A DNA stretch of 64,000 nucleotides from an uncultured Elusimicrobia bacterium. Lineage in GTDB: Bacteria > Elusimicrobiota > Elusimicrobia > 2-01-FULL-59-12. The notes under the pieces were generated by a model that was given only the letters and a program-made list of their open reading frames with translations, did no database searches and was not told where the DNA came from. Every line of letters begins with the position of its first letter. The first letter of the stretch is position 1. Positions 38,183 through 48,281 of the stretch are shown here, piece after piece. The translations under genes and the position numbers were made by a program. The stretch lies in assembly GCA_963702895.1 (NCBI GenBank), contig OY969767.1:1312001-1376000 (forward strand), written 5' to 3'.

Positions 38183-38659
38183 TTAAAAGTGGATTTCAGG
38201 GTCCAGATGCGCCTTGGCGACATCCGCGAGCGGCAACACGAAGGATTGCTGGGAAACGTCCTGCACGACCACGGCCCCCGAATCGATCGATCGCAAGGTC
38301 CCCTTAAAATGACGCCGGCCGTTCAGCGGGGCATAGAGCGTCACATCCACTTTCTCGCCGATAAATCGCTTATAATCCGCCTCTTTTTTAAGCGGACGGT
38401 GTATCCCCGGGGAGGACACCTCGAGCCGATAGGGTTGGGCAATGATATCGGACGCGTCCAAATGCCTGCCCAAGTGGTCCGAGATCATCGCGCAGTCATC
38501 GAGCGTGATACCACCGGACTTGTCCAGATAAAACCGGAGCACCCATTGGCCATGTTCATGCACGAAAAGCAGATCAACGAGCTCCGCGCCGTGCTCGGCA
38601 AGCACCGGCCCTGCGAGCTGCTCGATCTGTTCCAAGAGAACGGTTTTCGCTGTTGCCAT
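38183..38659 (-). CDS. rimP: Ribosome maturation factor RimP
   Basis: GITLDDC and YRLEVSSPG. Confidence 0.95.
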   Translation of the reverse strand: MATAKTVLLEQIEQLAGPVLAEHGAELVDLLFVHEHGQWVLRFYLDKSGGITLDDCAMISDHLGRHLDASDIIAQPYRLEVSSPGIHRPLKKEADYKRFIGEKVDVTLYAPLNGRRHFKGTLRSIDSGAVVVQDVSQQSFVLPLADVAKAHLDPEIHF

Positions 38660-38662
38660 AAC

Positions 38663-38690
38663 AAAAAAGAGTGGCCCGCTTCGCCACTCT
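38663..38690 (-). terminator. rimP-leader-type attenuator hairpin
   Basis: Minus strand AGAGTGGC-gaagcgg-GCCACTCT followed by a T run, ending just before the rimP ATG; upstream -10-like TACGAT at 38702-38707. Confidence 0.75.
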
Positions 38691-38719
38691 CAAGTGCCTT
38701 CATCGTACAAAAAAAGGGC

Positions 38720-40423
38720 CTAAGAGGCCAATGCCTGGAGCGCTTTCTTCATGGCGTCCTGCAAGATCACCTCTTCCGCCACGGGTGCTGAACGTTTACG
38801 GAGCTCCACTTTCCCCTCGCTCAATTTGCGTTCCCCCACCACCAGACGAACGGGAATGCCGATTAAATCCGCGTCTTTGAGCTTGACACCCGCGGTCGCG
38901 TCCCGGTCGTCCAGAAGGACATCCCCATGCTGCGAAAGCGCTTCCTGGTAGAGCTTTTCCGCCACTTCCTTCACCTTGGGATTCGAGACATTGAGCGGCA
39001 CAATGACGAGCTTCCAAGGCGCGAGGGCGATGGGCCAGACGATACCGTTGGCGTCGTGGCATTGCTCGATACAGGCCGCCACCACACGTGAAACCCCGAT
39101 ACCGTAGCAGCCCATGACGAAAGGTTTGGCCTTCCCTTGAGGATCGAGGTAGGTGGCCTTCATGCTGTCGGAATACTTGGTGCCCAGTTTGAACGTGTGC
39201 CCGACTTCGATACCGCGTGCATACGCCATCGGTTGGCCGCATTTGGGGCAGGGGTCCCCGGCAGCCGCTTTACGCAGATCGGCATAGCGTTCTGGCTTAA
39301 AATCCCGTTCCGGGACAACGTGTATCAGGTGTTTGTCCTTCTGATTCGCACCGCAAACCCCCTCTGTCATGGAACGTATGGCGTAATCGGCAACCATCTT
39401 GGCTTTCGACCCCACGGGCCCCGCAAATCCAACAGGGGAACCAGAGAGTTGTGTGTAAGTCGCTTCATTGGCTTTCACCACGCGAGAGACACCCAGAAGG
39501 CGCTGTAATTTGGCTTCGTTGAGTTCATGGTCTCCGCGCAGGAGCACCATCACGGGTGCTTCATCCGCCAAGACCACCAGAGCCTTGATAAAGTGCTGGG
39601 CCGGTTGATGGACTATTTTGGCGACGGCATCGACGCTCGAGGCGCCCGGGGTAGTCACTTCCGTCCAAGGTCCGAGGTCCGACGCCGGACGTCGCACGTC
39701 GGCCGGCTTGGGAAGTTCAGCGCGCTCCACATTGGCCGCATAGCCACAGGAGCAGCTGACGATGCCCTCTTCCCCCGTCTCGGCCAGGACCATAAATTCG
39801 TGAGAGAAGGAGCCGCCAATGGCCCCCGACTCCGCTTCGACGGGCCGGAACCTCAGTCCGCAGCGCGTAAAGATCTTTTGATAGGCTTCCACCATGCGCT
39901 TGTAGTACTGCTCGACATCGGCCTCATCGGCATGGAAGGAATAGGCATCCTTCATGAGGAATTCGCGCGCGCGCATCACCCCGAAGCGCGGCCTGATTTC
40001 ATCTCTGTACTTCACGCCGAATTGATAAAGCATCACGGGCAACGAGCGATAGGAGCGGATTTCTCTTCGGACAAGGTCTGTGATCACTTCCTCAGCCGTG
40101 GGCGCGAGACAAAATTCGGCTTCTTTGCGGTCTTGGAGTCGCATCAGTTCTTTGCCATAAAGACCCCATCGGCCGGTCTCCTCCCAAAGCTCTTTCGGCT
40201 GAAGTTGCGGCAACCAGACCTCTTGCCCCCCTGCGGCGTTCATCTCCTCGCGGACGATCTGCTCGACATGCCGCAGGACGCGAAGCCCCATGGGGAGCCA
40301 TTCGTAGAGGCCGGCGGCGAGTTTTCGAATCAGGCCCGCGCGCAGCATGAGCTGATGCGAGACGGTTTCCGCATCACTCGGAAGTTCACGTTGCGTCGGG
40401 ATAAAGGCTTGAGAGTATCTCAT
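38720..40423 (-). CDS. proS: Proline--tRNA ligase (with editing domain)
   Basis: SHQLMLRAG, RDEIRPRFGVMRAREF, GIEVGHTFKLG and MGCYGIG. Confidence 0.97.
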   Translation of the reverse strand: MRYSQAFIPTQRELPSDAETVSHQLMLRAGLIRKLAAGLYEWLPMGLRVLRHVEQIVREEMNAAGGQEVWLPQLQPKELWEETGRWGLYGKELMRLQDRKEAEFCLAPTAEEVITDLVRREIRSYRSLPVMLYQFGVKYRDEIRPRFGVMRAREFLMKDAYSFHADEADVEQYYKRMVEAYQKIFTRCGLRFRPVEAESGAIGGSFSHEFMVLAETGEEGIVSCSCGYAANVERAELPKPADVRRPASDLGPWTEVTTPGASSVDAVAKIVHQPAQHFIKALVVLADEAPVMVLLRGDHELNEAKLQRLLGVSRVVKANEATYTQLSGSPVGFAGPVGSKAKMVADYAIRSMTEGVCGANQKDKHLIHVVPERDFKPERYADLRKAAAGDPCPKCGQPMAYARGIEVGHTFKLGTKYSDSMKATYLDPQGKAKPFVMGCYGIGVSRVVAACIEQCHDANGIVWPIALAPWKLVIVPLNVSNPKVKEVAEKLYQEALSQHGDVLLDDRDATAGVKLKDADLIGIPVRLVVGERKLSEGKVELRKRSAPVAEEVILQDAMKKALQALAS

Positions 40424-41497
40424 CTATTTCCAGAAACCCAGGCGCCAGCGCAGGAGGTCCTGGTAAGAGGCATAAAGAAAGATCGTCAGCACCACCGACA
40501 GACCGATGGCATTGGCCACCTGCATGACCCGCTTGCTCAAGGGGCGGCGTAAGAGGCCCTCCATCGTGTAGAGGAGGATATGCCCCCCGTCCAACACCGG
40601 GATAGGGAACAGGTTGAAGAGACCGAGCCCCGTCGAAATGATCGCGATGAGATAAATGACATAGGAAAAACCCTCCCGTGTCGCTTTCGTGAACATCTGA
40701 GCAATCCCGAGGGGGCCGGAGAGATCCTTGGGTCCTTCCATATGGCGTATTTTGCTGTAAAGGTACTGAAGAGGCTGGATCGTCCATCCTTTCACATCTC
40801 GCCAAGCCGCCCGAAGGCTCCCTGCGGCGCCCGGCTTGATTTTGTCAATCTTCGGCATAATACCGATCAGCCCTCGGCCGGATTGCGGATCGCGCTTGGG
40901 CGTCAGAACCAGCCGAAGGGATTTCGAAGGAATGCCTTCGGCTTGAGGGCGTTCCAGCTGCACGCTCAGCTTTTCTTCGGGGTGGGCATGGATAAAGCGG
41001 GCCATTTCCTCCCAAGAGGTCATGGGGAGTTTGTTGATGCTCAGAATGCGGTCTTGTTCCTTGAGCCCGGCGAGCGCGGCGGGAAACGAAGGGACAACGG
41101 TCCCGACGACGGGAAGCGAGGAGGGCTGCATCACACCCGCAAAGGCAGCGACTAAAGCGAAGAGCACAAAAGCCAAAACATAGTTCATGGCCGGCCCGGC
41201 CAGGGCGATGAGATTTCGCCGGTACCAGGGTTGAGCGAAAAACTCATCCGGTTTATTCTTTCGCTCATCCTGGAATTCGCCTGCCATTTTGACCATGCCT
41301 CCCAGCGGCATGGCACAGATGGCGTAGCGGATTTTGTGATGGGTCCAGCCCACGATTTCGGGGCCGAAACCGACGGTGAATTTCTCCACACGCACCCCCA
41401 ACTTTAAAGCGACGATCAAATGGCCGATCTCGTGGATGACCACGACCAGACCCAGCGCGAGCAGGGTGATGAAAATTCGAAAGATGGAATCAATCAT
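40424..41497 (-). CDS. rseP: RIP metalloprotease RseP (M50 with PDZ)
   Basis: HEIGH, AGPAMN and NLFPIPVLDGG. Confidence 0.93.
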   Translation of the reverse strand: MIDSIFRIFITLLALGLVVVIHEIGHLIVALKLGVRVEKFTVGFGPEIVGWTHHKIRYAICAMPLGGMVKMAGEFQDERKNKPDEFFAQPWYRRNLIALAGPAMNYVLAFVLFALVAAFAGVMQPSSLPVVGTVVPSFPAALAGLKEQDRILSINKLPMTSWEEMARFIHAHPEEKLSVQLERPQAEGIPSKSLRLVLTPKRDPQSGRGLIGIMPKIDKIKPGAAGSLRAAWRDVKGWTIQPLQYLYSKIRHMEGPKDLSGPLGIAQMFTKATREGFSYVIYLIAIISTGLGLFNLFPIPVLDGGHILLYTMEGLLRRPLSKRVMQVANAIGLSVVLTIFLYASYQDLLRWRLGFWK

Positions 41498-42714
41498 ACA
41501 AGAAGCTCCTTGGCGGTTTGGCGTGCCCATTGGTCTACAACCAACACGTGCTCGAGGCTCAGGCGCGCCGCACCTTTATGTTTCGACAACGTTTTCTCGA
41601 CAATTCTAGCAATGTCTGGAAAGCGGATCTGTCTGTTGAGGAACGCCTGGACAGCGATTTCGTCCGCGGCGTTCAGGACAGTGGGCCAACTGCCTCCCTT
41701 GCGCGCGGCTTCACGCGCCAGCGTCAAGCAGGGAAAGCGTTTGAAATTGGGTTCCATGAACTCCAGCTGCCGCACTTTGACCAAATCGAGGGTCTTCAGT
41801 CTTCCCGGACGCCTCGAAGGATAGGTCAGGGCGTATTGAATGGGAAGGCACATGTCCGGCCAAGAGAGCTGTGCGAGCATCGCCCCATCGGTAAAGTCGA
41901 CCAGAGAATGAACAATGGATTGCGGATGGATCACGATCTGAACACGGTCGATCGGAAGCCCGAAGAGAATCGAAGCCTCGATGGTCTCGATACCCTTATT
42001 CATGAGCGTCGCGCTATCGATCGTGATCTTTTTTCCCATTTTCCAGGTGGGGTGGTTGAGGGCCTGCTCGACCGTGACGCGGGAAAGGTCCCCCTTGTAC
42101 TGGTAGAAGGGCCCACCGGAAGCCGTCAGGATCAATCGATGAACATCCCGGCTCCGGGAACCTTGCAAACATTGGAAGATCGCAGAATGTTCGCTATCGA
42201 CGGGCAAGAGCGTGGCCTTCCAGCGGCGCACCTCGGCCATCACGAGTTCGCCCGCCATGACCAAGGCTTCTTTATTGGCCAGAGCAACGGTTTTGCCGGT
42301 CCGAATGGCCGCCAGGAGCGGCCGCAGGCCGATCGCGCCCACGACGGCGGACAAGACCACATCGGCGCCTGGCCACTGGGCCAGCTCCACTAAGCCTTCC
42401 ATCCCTGAGAGGACGACGAGCGCTTTGCCGCGGACACGCATGCCAAGATCACGGATCTTTTTCGCCTCGGGTTCTTCCCAGACCGCCACCGCTTCGGGCT
42501 GGCATCTCTTGATCTGTTCCAGCAACCGCACCCGATTCCCGTAGGCGCTCAATGCGACCACCCGATAGGAGGGTCCGAGGCGCTCCATCACATCGAGGGC
42601 GTTGACCCCAATGGAACCCGTCGAGCCCAGCAGGACGACTCGACGCTCGGGCAAGGGACCCTCGCGCAGCCGGCTGCGTTGAACGGATGTTTTCTCTGGC
42701 ATGAGAGTCGTCAT
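41494..42714 (-). CDS. dxr: 1-deoxy-D-xylulose 5-phosphate reductoisomerase
   Basis: LGSTGSIG, LANKE, PVDSEH, HPTWKMG and NKGIE. Confidence 0.97.
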   Translation of the reverse strand: MTTLMPEKTSVQRSRLREGPLPERRVVLLGSTGSIGVNALDVMERLGPSYRVVALSAYGNRVRLLEQIKRCQPEAVAVWEEPEAKKIRDLGMRVRGKALVVLSGMEGLVELAQWPGADVVLSAVVGAIGLRPLLAAIRTGKTVALANKEALVMAGELVMAEVRRWKATLLPVDSEHSAIFQCLQGSRSRDVHRLILTASGGPFYQYKGDLSRVTVEQALNHPTWKMGKKITIDSATLMNKGIETIEASILFGLPIDRVQIVIHPQSIVHSLVDFTDGAMLAQLSWPDMCLPIQYALTYPSRRPGRLKTLDLVKVRQLEFMEPNFKRFPCLTLAREAARKGGSWPTVLNAADEIAVQAFLNRQIRFPDIARIVEKTLSKHKGAARLSLEHVLVVDQWARQTAKELLV

Positions 42715-42721
42715 GGTAACG

Positions 42722-43546
42722 CTAATATTTCAGGAAAACCCAAAAATAATAATAGAAGGGCGAAGCCAGCAGGAAGGAGTCGAAGCGGTCCAGCATCCCG
42801 CCGTGTCCCGGCAGAAGCTGTGAGGAGTCTTTGAGGCCAGCGCCGCGCTTCAAAACAGATTCGCCTAAATCCGAGGCAAAAGCAAGGAGGCCGACCAAGA
42901 TCGCAAGACCGACCGCTTCCAGCAAGCCCAACTCTTTGCGCAGGAAAGTGAAATGAAAGAAAACAGCCACTCCCACGCAACCGATGAGACCCGCAATCGT
43001 CCCTTCCCATGATTTCTTTGGACTGATCGACTGCGCGATTTTGTGCCTTCCCCAGCGCGCACCGACAAAATACGCGAGGGTATCTTCCACCCAGATCATG
43101 GCAAAGAGGAGGAACGTCACCACACGGCCGCCGGGACGAAGGTCGCGGATTAAGACCAGGTGAGACAGAGACCAGGCAACATAGAAAATCCCCAGGAAGG
43201 TAATACTCCACTCGGAAAGGGACGTCTCCGCGGGCCCTCGGGCGAGACTTCGCCCAACAATGACGATGAGAAAAAGCGCGATCAGGGACGCGGTGAACGG
43301 GTTCTCCGCCACCTGCCCCATGGAGAGGCCATTCAGGTAGACGGACAGCACCAGAAGGGCACTCGCCACCAGACCCATCCAGGGGTAACAAGGGTACCCT
43401 GTTTCTTCGGCCAGCGAATAGAATTCACGGACACCGATGAGGACGATGGCCAGAACCACGAAAAGAAAGGGCAGACCACCCATGAAGATAGACCCCAAAA
43501 GAATGACGGAGCCAATCAGGCTGGTCAGAAAACGGGGCAGGAGCAT
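42722..43546 (-). CDS. cdsA: Phosphatidate cytidylyltransferase
   Basis: ISPKKSWEG, DLGES, KDS and PGHGGMLDRFDS. Confidence 0.95.
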   Translation of the reverse strand: MLLPRFLTSLIGSVILLGSIFMGGLPFLFVVLAIVLIGVREFYSLAEETGYPCYPWMGLVASALLVLSVYLNGLSMGQVAENPFTASLIALFLIVIVGRSLARGPAETSLSEWSITFLGIFYVAWSLSHLVLIRDLRPGGRVVTFLLFAMIWVEDTLAYFVGARWGRHKIAQSISPKKSWEGTIAGLIGCVGVAVFFHFTFLRKELGLLEAVGLAILVGLLAFASDLGESVLKRGAGLKDSSQLLPGHGGMLDRFDSFLLASPFYYYFWVFLKY

Positions 43547-43549
43547 GGT

Positions 43550-44287
43550 TTAAAGCCCTCCAAAGCGACGTTGGCGGCGCTGAAAATCGGCGATCGCCTC
43601 ATAGAGATGGGCCTTCCGAAAGTCTGGCCACAAAGTTTTGGTGACGTAGAGTTCCGCGTAGGCTGATTCCCAGAGCAGAAAGTTTGAAAGGCGCATCTCT
43701 CCGGAAGTGCGGATTAAGAGGTCCGGTTCAGGACAGTCTGGCGCATCCAAATAGCGCGCCAAAACTTTCTCATCCACGCGCTTCTGTCCATCGGCCATCG
43801 CGCGGTTGCAGGCATCGACGATTTCTTGCCTCCCTCCATAATTGAGGGCCAGAACAAGCGTCAGGCCTTTGTTTTGGGCGGTCGCCTTGATGGCGCCCAA
43901 GAGCTTGGCGCGGGGCCCTTCAGGTAGTCCCTCCAGGCGCCCAATGGCACGCACGCGTACGTGACTCTTCTGCAACGCGGCGAGCTCACGACCAATATAT
44001 TCCTGGAGGAGCCGCATGAGCGCCTTCACCTCCATCGTGGGACGCGCCCAGTTTTCGGAGGAAAAAGCATAGAGGGTGAGGTACTCAATCCCAAGCTCAC
44101 CGCAGACCCTCACCATTTCACGGACCGAATTCATGCCGGCGCGGTGACCCAACAAGCGCGGTAAATGGCGTTGCTTGGCCCAGCGACCGTTTCCATCCAT
44201 GATGATCGCGATGTGACGCGGTATTCGGGTCGGATCGATCGGAGTGAGACCTGACATGACGGAAGGAGCATCCAGAAGCGCGGGCAT
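43550..44287 (-). CDS. uppS: Undecaprenyl diphosphate synthase
   Basis: HIAIIMDGNGRWA, FSSENW and RTSGEMRLSNF. Confidence 0.96.
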   Translation of the reverse strand: MPALLDAPSVMSGLTPIDPTRIPRHIAIIMDGNGRWAKQRHLPRLLGHRAGMNSVREMVRVCGELGIEYLTLYAFSSENWARPTMEVKALMRLLQEYIGRELAALQKSHVRVRAIGRLEGLPEGPRAKLLGAIKATAQNKGLTLVLALNYGGRQEIVDACNRAMADGQKRVDEKVLARYLDAPDCPEPDLLIRTSGEMRLSNFLLWESAYAELYVTKTLWPDFRKAHLYEAIADFQRRQRRFGGL

Positions 44288-44301
44288 GAGGGAAGCTTCC
44301 G

Positions 44302-44862
44302 CTAGACTTCCATGATCTCGCGCTCTTTGGCCGCGAGCATTTCATCCACCTTTTTAATGAACGAATCGGTCATTCTTTGGACCTCCTGCTCGGCGGATTT
44401 GAGGTCATCTTCGGAGATTTCCTTCGCCTTTTCAGACTTCTTCAGCTTTTCCACGCCGTCGCGCCGTTCGTTACGGATGGAAACGCGGTATTCTTCGGCC
44501 ATTTTCCGGACGACACGGATCAGATCTTTTCGCCGCTCTTCTGTAAGTTTTGGAATCTGCAGCCGGACCACGGTCCCGTCGTTGGAAGGATTTAAACCCA
44601 AATCCGATTTCTGGATGGCTTTCTCGATCAGGGCAATGACGGACTTGTCCCAAGCCTTGACCTCCAGGGTCCTCGGCTCGGGTGCCGCGATGTTGGCCAG
44701 CTGATGGATGGGGACGAGCGTGCCATAGTATTCGACCTTGACATTCTCAAGAAGCGTGGCGCTCGCGCGTCCGGTGCGAAGGGTGCCGAAGTCCGCCTTC
44801 ATCTTCTCCAGAGTCTTATGCATCAAACCATCAATGGTGGTGAGGACCTCTCGTACAGGCAT
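44302..44862 (-). CDS. frr: Ribosome recycling factor
   Basis: LRTGRA, VEYYG and PKLTEERRK. Confidence 0.96.
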   Translation of the reverse strand: MPVREVLTTIDGLMHKTLEKMKADFGTLRTGRASATLLENVKVEYYGTLVPIHQLANIAAPEPRTLEVKAWDKSVIALIEKAIQKSDLGLNPSNDGTVVRLQIPKLTEERRKDLIRVVRKMAEEYRVSIRNERRDGVEKLKKSEKAKEISEDDLKSAEQEVQRMTDSFIKKVDEMLAAKEREIMEV

Positions 44863-44867
44863 AGCGT

Positions 44868-45590
44868 TCAGGTTCCTTTGATGAGCGTTCCGACGGCCTC
44901 TCCGGCGACGGCGCGTCGGATATTGCCGTTCTTATAAAGATTGAAGACCCGGATGGGCAGATGGTTCTCCATGCAAAGCGAAAAAGCGGTCGTGTCCATC
45001 ACGCGCAGGCGCTTCCGGATCGCTTCCATCGCCGTGAGCTGCGTCAGGCGCTTCGCCTTGGGGTTGGTTCGCGGATCATCGGAGTAAACACCGTCGACCT
45101 GGGTGCCTTTGAGGAGCAGATCGGCATTAATTTCAACCGCGCGCAGAGCGGCCGTGGTATCGGTCGAGAAATAAGGGTTGCCTGTACCGCCGGCAAAAAT
45201 CACCAGTCGTCCCTTTTCCAGGTGGCGAATCGCACGTCGCCGGATAAAGGCTTCCGCGAGCTTGGAAATCTCAATGGCGCTCTGGACCCGCGTGGGGACC
45301 TTCATTTTCTCAAGGGCGTCTTGAAGGGCGAGAGCATTGATGACGGTTGCGAGCATCCCCATATAGTCCGCCGTGACGCGATCAATGCCGCGCGCGCGGT
45401 CGGAGGTCCCGCGCCAGATATTTCCCCCACCGACGACAATGGCCACCTGCACGCGAGCATGGACAGCGCCTGCGATTTCCCTGGCAATGCGGTGCAAGGC
45501 GTCCACATCGATGCCATAGCGTTCTTTGCCGCGAAAAGCTTCGCCTGAGATTTTAAGGAGGACGCGTTTGGGTTTGCCGGAGGAACTCAC
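44868..45590 (-). CDS. pyrH: UMP kinase
   Basis: [23 protein letters not shown] and [13 protein letters not shown] 45590 with SD GAGGTG. Confidence 0.96.
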   Translation of the reverse strand: MSSSGKPKRVLLKISGEAFRGKERYGIDVDALHRIAREIAGAVHARVQVAIVVGGGNIWRGTSDRARGIDRVTADYMGMLATVINALALQDALEKMKVPTRVQSAIEISKLAEAFIRRRAIRHLEKGRLVIFAGGTGNPYFSTDTTAALRAVEINADLLLKGTQVDGVYSDDPRTNPKAKRLTQLTAMEAIRKRLRVMDTTAFSLCMENHLPIRVFNLYKNGNIRRAVAGEAVGTLIKGT

Positions 45591-45694
45591 CCCATCACCT
45601 CTTGACGCCTCTTGGCAGCGCCTCGAGCGCCGCATAGGCCAGCCTGGAGGCGGGCGTTGGCGGCAGCGAAAAGGCGATCAAGAGGTGGTGGGGT
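45589..45694 (-). promoter_or_regulatory. Hairpin spanning the whole tsf-pyrH spacer and covering the pyrH SD
   Basis: 45590-45605 matches the reverse complement of 45678-45693 at 15/16, with further imperfect inner pairing. Confidence 0.65.
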
Positions 45695-46314
45695 CAATCT
45701 TTCCCCACTTCGTAGCGGGCAAAGCGGCGCAGGACGATTTTTTCCCCGGTCTTCGCCGATGCCTCGGTTAAGAGATCCTTCACCTTGAGCTTGCCGGAGG
45801 GCTCACGGACATAAGGCTGCTCCAGCAGACAGAATTCAGAGAGATATTTGTCGAGCTTGCCTTCTGCGATTTTCGCGGCGACAGGCGCGGGCTTATTTTC
45901 CTTCATGGCGTCCTGCTCAAATTCTTTTCGTTTCATGTCCATCGCTTCAGCCGGGACTTGATCCCGGGCCACCCAGCGAGGGCGCATCGCGGCGATCTGC
46001 ATGCCCAATTCTTTGACCAGGCTCTGAAAGTCATCGGTTCGTGCGACAAAATCGGTTTCACAGTTGAGTTCGAGGAGCACGCCCACAGACCCACCGACAT
46101 GGATGTAGGAACCCACCAGACCCTTGGACGTCTCGCGTCCTTCCCGTTTGGCCGCCAGAGCCACACCACGGTCACGAAGCCAGGCCTTGGCTTTGTCCAA
46201 ATCGCCGCTCGACTCCTCGAGGGCCTTTTTGCATTCCATAATGCCGGCACCGGTCTGCTCGCGCAGGTCTTGGATTTGCGTCGCCGTGATGGGATTGCCG
46301 TTTGATTTTGACAT
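45694..46314 (-). CDS. tsf: Elongation factor Ts (short form)
   Basis: LREQTGAGIMECKKAL and ELNCETDFVA; 206 aa. Confidence 0.96.
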   Translation of the reverse strand: MSKSNGNPITATQIQDLREQTGAGIMECKKALEESSGDLDKAKAWLRDRGVALAAKREGRETSKGLVGSYIHVGGSVGVLLELNCETDFVARTDDFQSLVKELGMQIAAMRPRWVARDQVPAEAMDMKRKEFEQDAMKENKPAPVAAKIAEGKLDKYLSEFCLLEQPYVREPSGKLKVKDLLTEASAKTGEKIVLRRFARYEVGKD

Positions 46315-46317
46315 CGC

Positions 46318-47136
46318 CTAGGAGCGGCTGGGTGTTGGGACTTCGCTGGCGGACGGCGCTTGCTCGGCCGAGGACAGGTCGATCGGCTGCGTCGACGCCT
46401 CCTGCTGAGGCCCTTCAGGCTTGGACGCGACGTTGGGCGTCGCGGCCTTTTCGGCTTCCGCCCTGCCTTCGAGAATCGCGTCCGCAATCAGAGCGCAAAA
46501 AAGCTTCACGGACCGGATGGCATCATCATTGCCCGGGATGGGGTAGTCGATCATGTCCGGGTCGCAATTGGTGTCGCAAACAGCCACAACCGGAATTTCC
46601 ATGCGGCGCGCTTCAAGAATCGCCGTCGTTTCCTGGACGGGATCGATGACAAAAAGGCACCCCGGAAGGCTCTCCATGCCCTTGATGCCGGAAAGGGTCT
46701 TGGTCAAACGCAGGCGTTCCTTTTCGAGACGCGAGACCTCTTTCTTGGACATCACGCGGAACAGGCCATCGGCTTTCATCTTGTCGAGCTCATTGAGCCG
46801 CCCGATCGAGCGCTTGATCGTTTCAAAATTGGTCAGCGTCCCCCCCAGCCAGCGCTCGCTCACATAATAAGCGTTACAGCGCTGAGCTTCGGTCAGGATG
46901 GCTTCCTGGGCTTGCTTTTTCGTACCGACAAAGAGGATCGGCCTGTTTTGCGTTGCGATATCGCGAATATACTTATAGGCCTTCTTAAGCTCCTTGGCTG
47001 TCTTTTGAAGGTCAATAATATGGATATTGCTGCGGGCTCCAAAGATATACTTCGCCATCTTGGGATTCCAACGACGCGTCTGATGCCCGAAATGCACCCC
47101 AGCCTCGAGCAAGGCCTTCATCGAGATTGTTGCCAT
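46318..47136 (-). CDS. rpsB: 30S ribosomal protein S2
   Basis: [28 protein letters not shown] and PGNDDAIRS. Confidence 0.98.
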   Translation of the reverse strand: MATISMKALLEAGVHFGHQTRRWNPKMAKYIFGARSNIHIIDLQKTAKELKKAYKYIRDIATQNRPILFVGTKKQAQEAILTEAQRCNAYYVSERWLGGTLTNFETIKRSIGRLNELDKMKADGLFRVMSKKEVSRLEKERLRLTKTLSGIKGMESLPGCLFVIDPVQETTAILEARRMEIPVVAVCDTNCDPDMIDYPIPGNDDAIRSVKLFCALIADAILEGRAEAEKAATPNVASKPEGPQQEASTQPIDLSSAEQAPSASEVPTPSRS

Positions 47137-47159
47137 AATTCTCCTTTAAATGTCCGCGT

Positions 47160-47168
47160 ATTATATCA
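47160..47168 (-). promoter_or_regulatory. Extended -10 promoter of rpsB-tsf
   Basis: TGaTATAAT 23 nt upstream of the ATG, with SD AAAGGAG between. Confidence 0.6.
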
Positions 47169-47279
47169 CAGAAAGATTCCTGGCAAACAAGGAGCCGGAA
47201 TCAGGACTTGGACACCGGAGATCGCGGAGGAGGCGAGGAAGCGGCCTCCCTGCGGACGAGGACCCCGAGCCATTCTATT

Positions 47280-48281
47280 TTATCGGGTACGGGTCACGAT
47301 GTACTGCGCGATGGCGGAAAGCGTTCTTTTTGGCGTCGAGTCGGGAAAGCTCTGTAAGGCGGCGCTCGCCTGTTGGGCAAAATTCGCGGCCTGGCGCAGA
47401 CCTTCTTGAATCGCTCCGGCATCTTTGGCCCAACGGACAATCTTCTGGGCATTTTCGCCCTGCGGATCCTTCAGACAAGCGAGAAAGGCTTCGCGCTGCG
47501 AGCCCGGGAGTTGATCGCGAAGCCAAATCAAGGGAAGCGTGAGCTTGCCGTTCACAAGGTCCGTCCGTAAGGTTTTTCCTGTGACTTCTTCTTCGCCTAT
47601 TAAATCCAGCGTGTCATCGATGATTTGGAAGGCCATCCCAAGGTTCCAACCGAAATGGGCGAGCGACGTGGCTTGATCGGAGGACAGGCGCGCCAGGCGC
47701 GCGCCGCCGCGCATGGAGGCCGCCATGAGCGTGGCGGTCTTGTTGTCGATAAAGGTGAGGTATTCGGCGACCGTGAGGTCGAGCTGGAACCTTCGCCGCA
47801 CCTGGTTGATTTCCCCCTGGCAGATCGAGCGCGTGGAGCGCGCAAAGAGTTCGACCAAGGACGGGTCCTGCAGCGAAGCCAGAAGCGTAAACGCCTCCAC
47901 ATAGAGCAGATCTCCCAAGAGGATCGCGACATCCTCACCATACTTCAGCGCAGCGGTGGGTTTCTGATGACGCAGGGCGGCGCGGTCGACAATATCGTCA
48001 TGGATCAGGGTGGCCAGGTGAATCAGCTCCGAGGCCGCTCCCACCGTGATGGGATCATCATTCTGGACGCCGCCGATCTGGGCGCTGAGCACCACGAGCG
48101 CCGGCCGCAAGCGTTTCCCGCCGGCCTGAACAATGTACTGCACGATCTCAGGAATCATCCCCTGACCGCGTGAGGCAACGTCCTGAAGGATCTTTTCGGT
48201 CTGAAGGAGATAAGGGAAGATATGCCGGTAGAGGTCCTCGAGGCGCTCTTCTTCTCGCTGGAGGGTCACACTTTTGCTCAT
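47280..48281 (-). CDS. Long-chain trans-polyprenyl diphosphate synthase (IspB/HepT-like)
   Basis: GGKRLRP, ATLIHDDIVD (small residue at -5) and FQIIDDTLD. Confidence 0.9.
   Translation of the reverse strand: MSKSVTLQREEERLEDLYRHIFPYLLQTEKILQDVASRGQGMIPEIVQYIVQAGGKRLRPALVVLSAQIGGVQNDDPITVGAASELIHLATLIHDDIVDRAALRHQKPTAALKYGEDVAILLGDLLYVEAFTLLASLQDPSLVELFARSTRSICQGEINQVRRRFQLDLTVAEYLTFIDNKTATLMAASMRGGARLARLSSDQATSLAHFGWNLGMAFQIIDDTLDLIGEEEVTGKTLRTDLVNGKLTLPLIWLRDQLPGSQREAFLACLKDPQGENAQKIVRWAKDAGAIQEGLRQAANFAQQASAALQSFPDSTPKRTLSAIAQYIVTRTR

Noticed and set aside
45694..46314. Short EF-Ts as a truncation
   Set aside because: EF-Ts of about 200 aa is a known natural form, and both termini look intact
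47190..47275. GC-rich hairpin upstream of rpsB as SRP RNA, tRNA or terminator
   Set aside because: No SRP helix-8 consensus, no cloverleaf and no U tract; cannot be assigned
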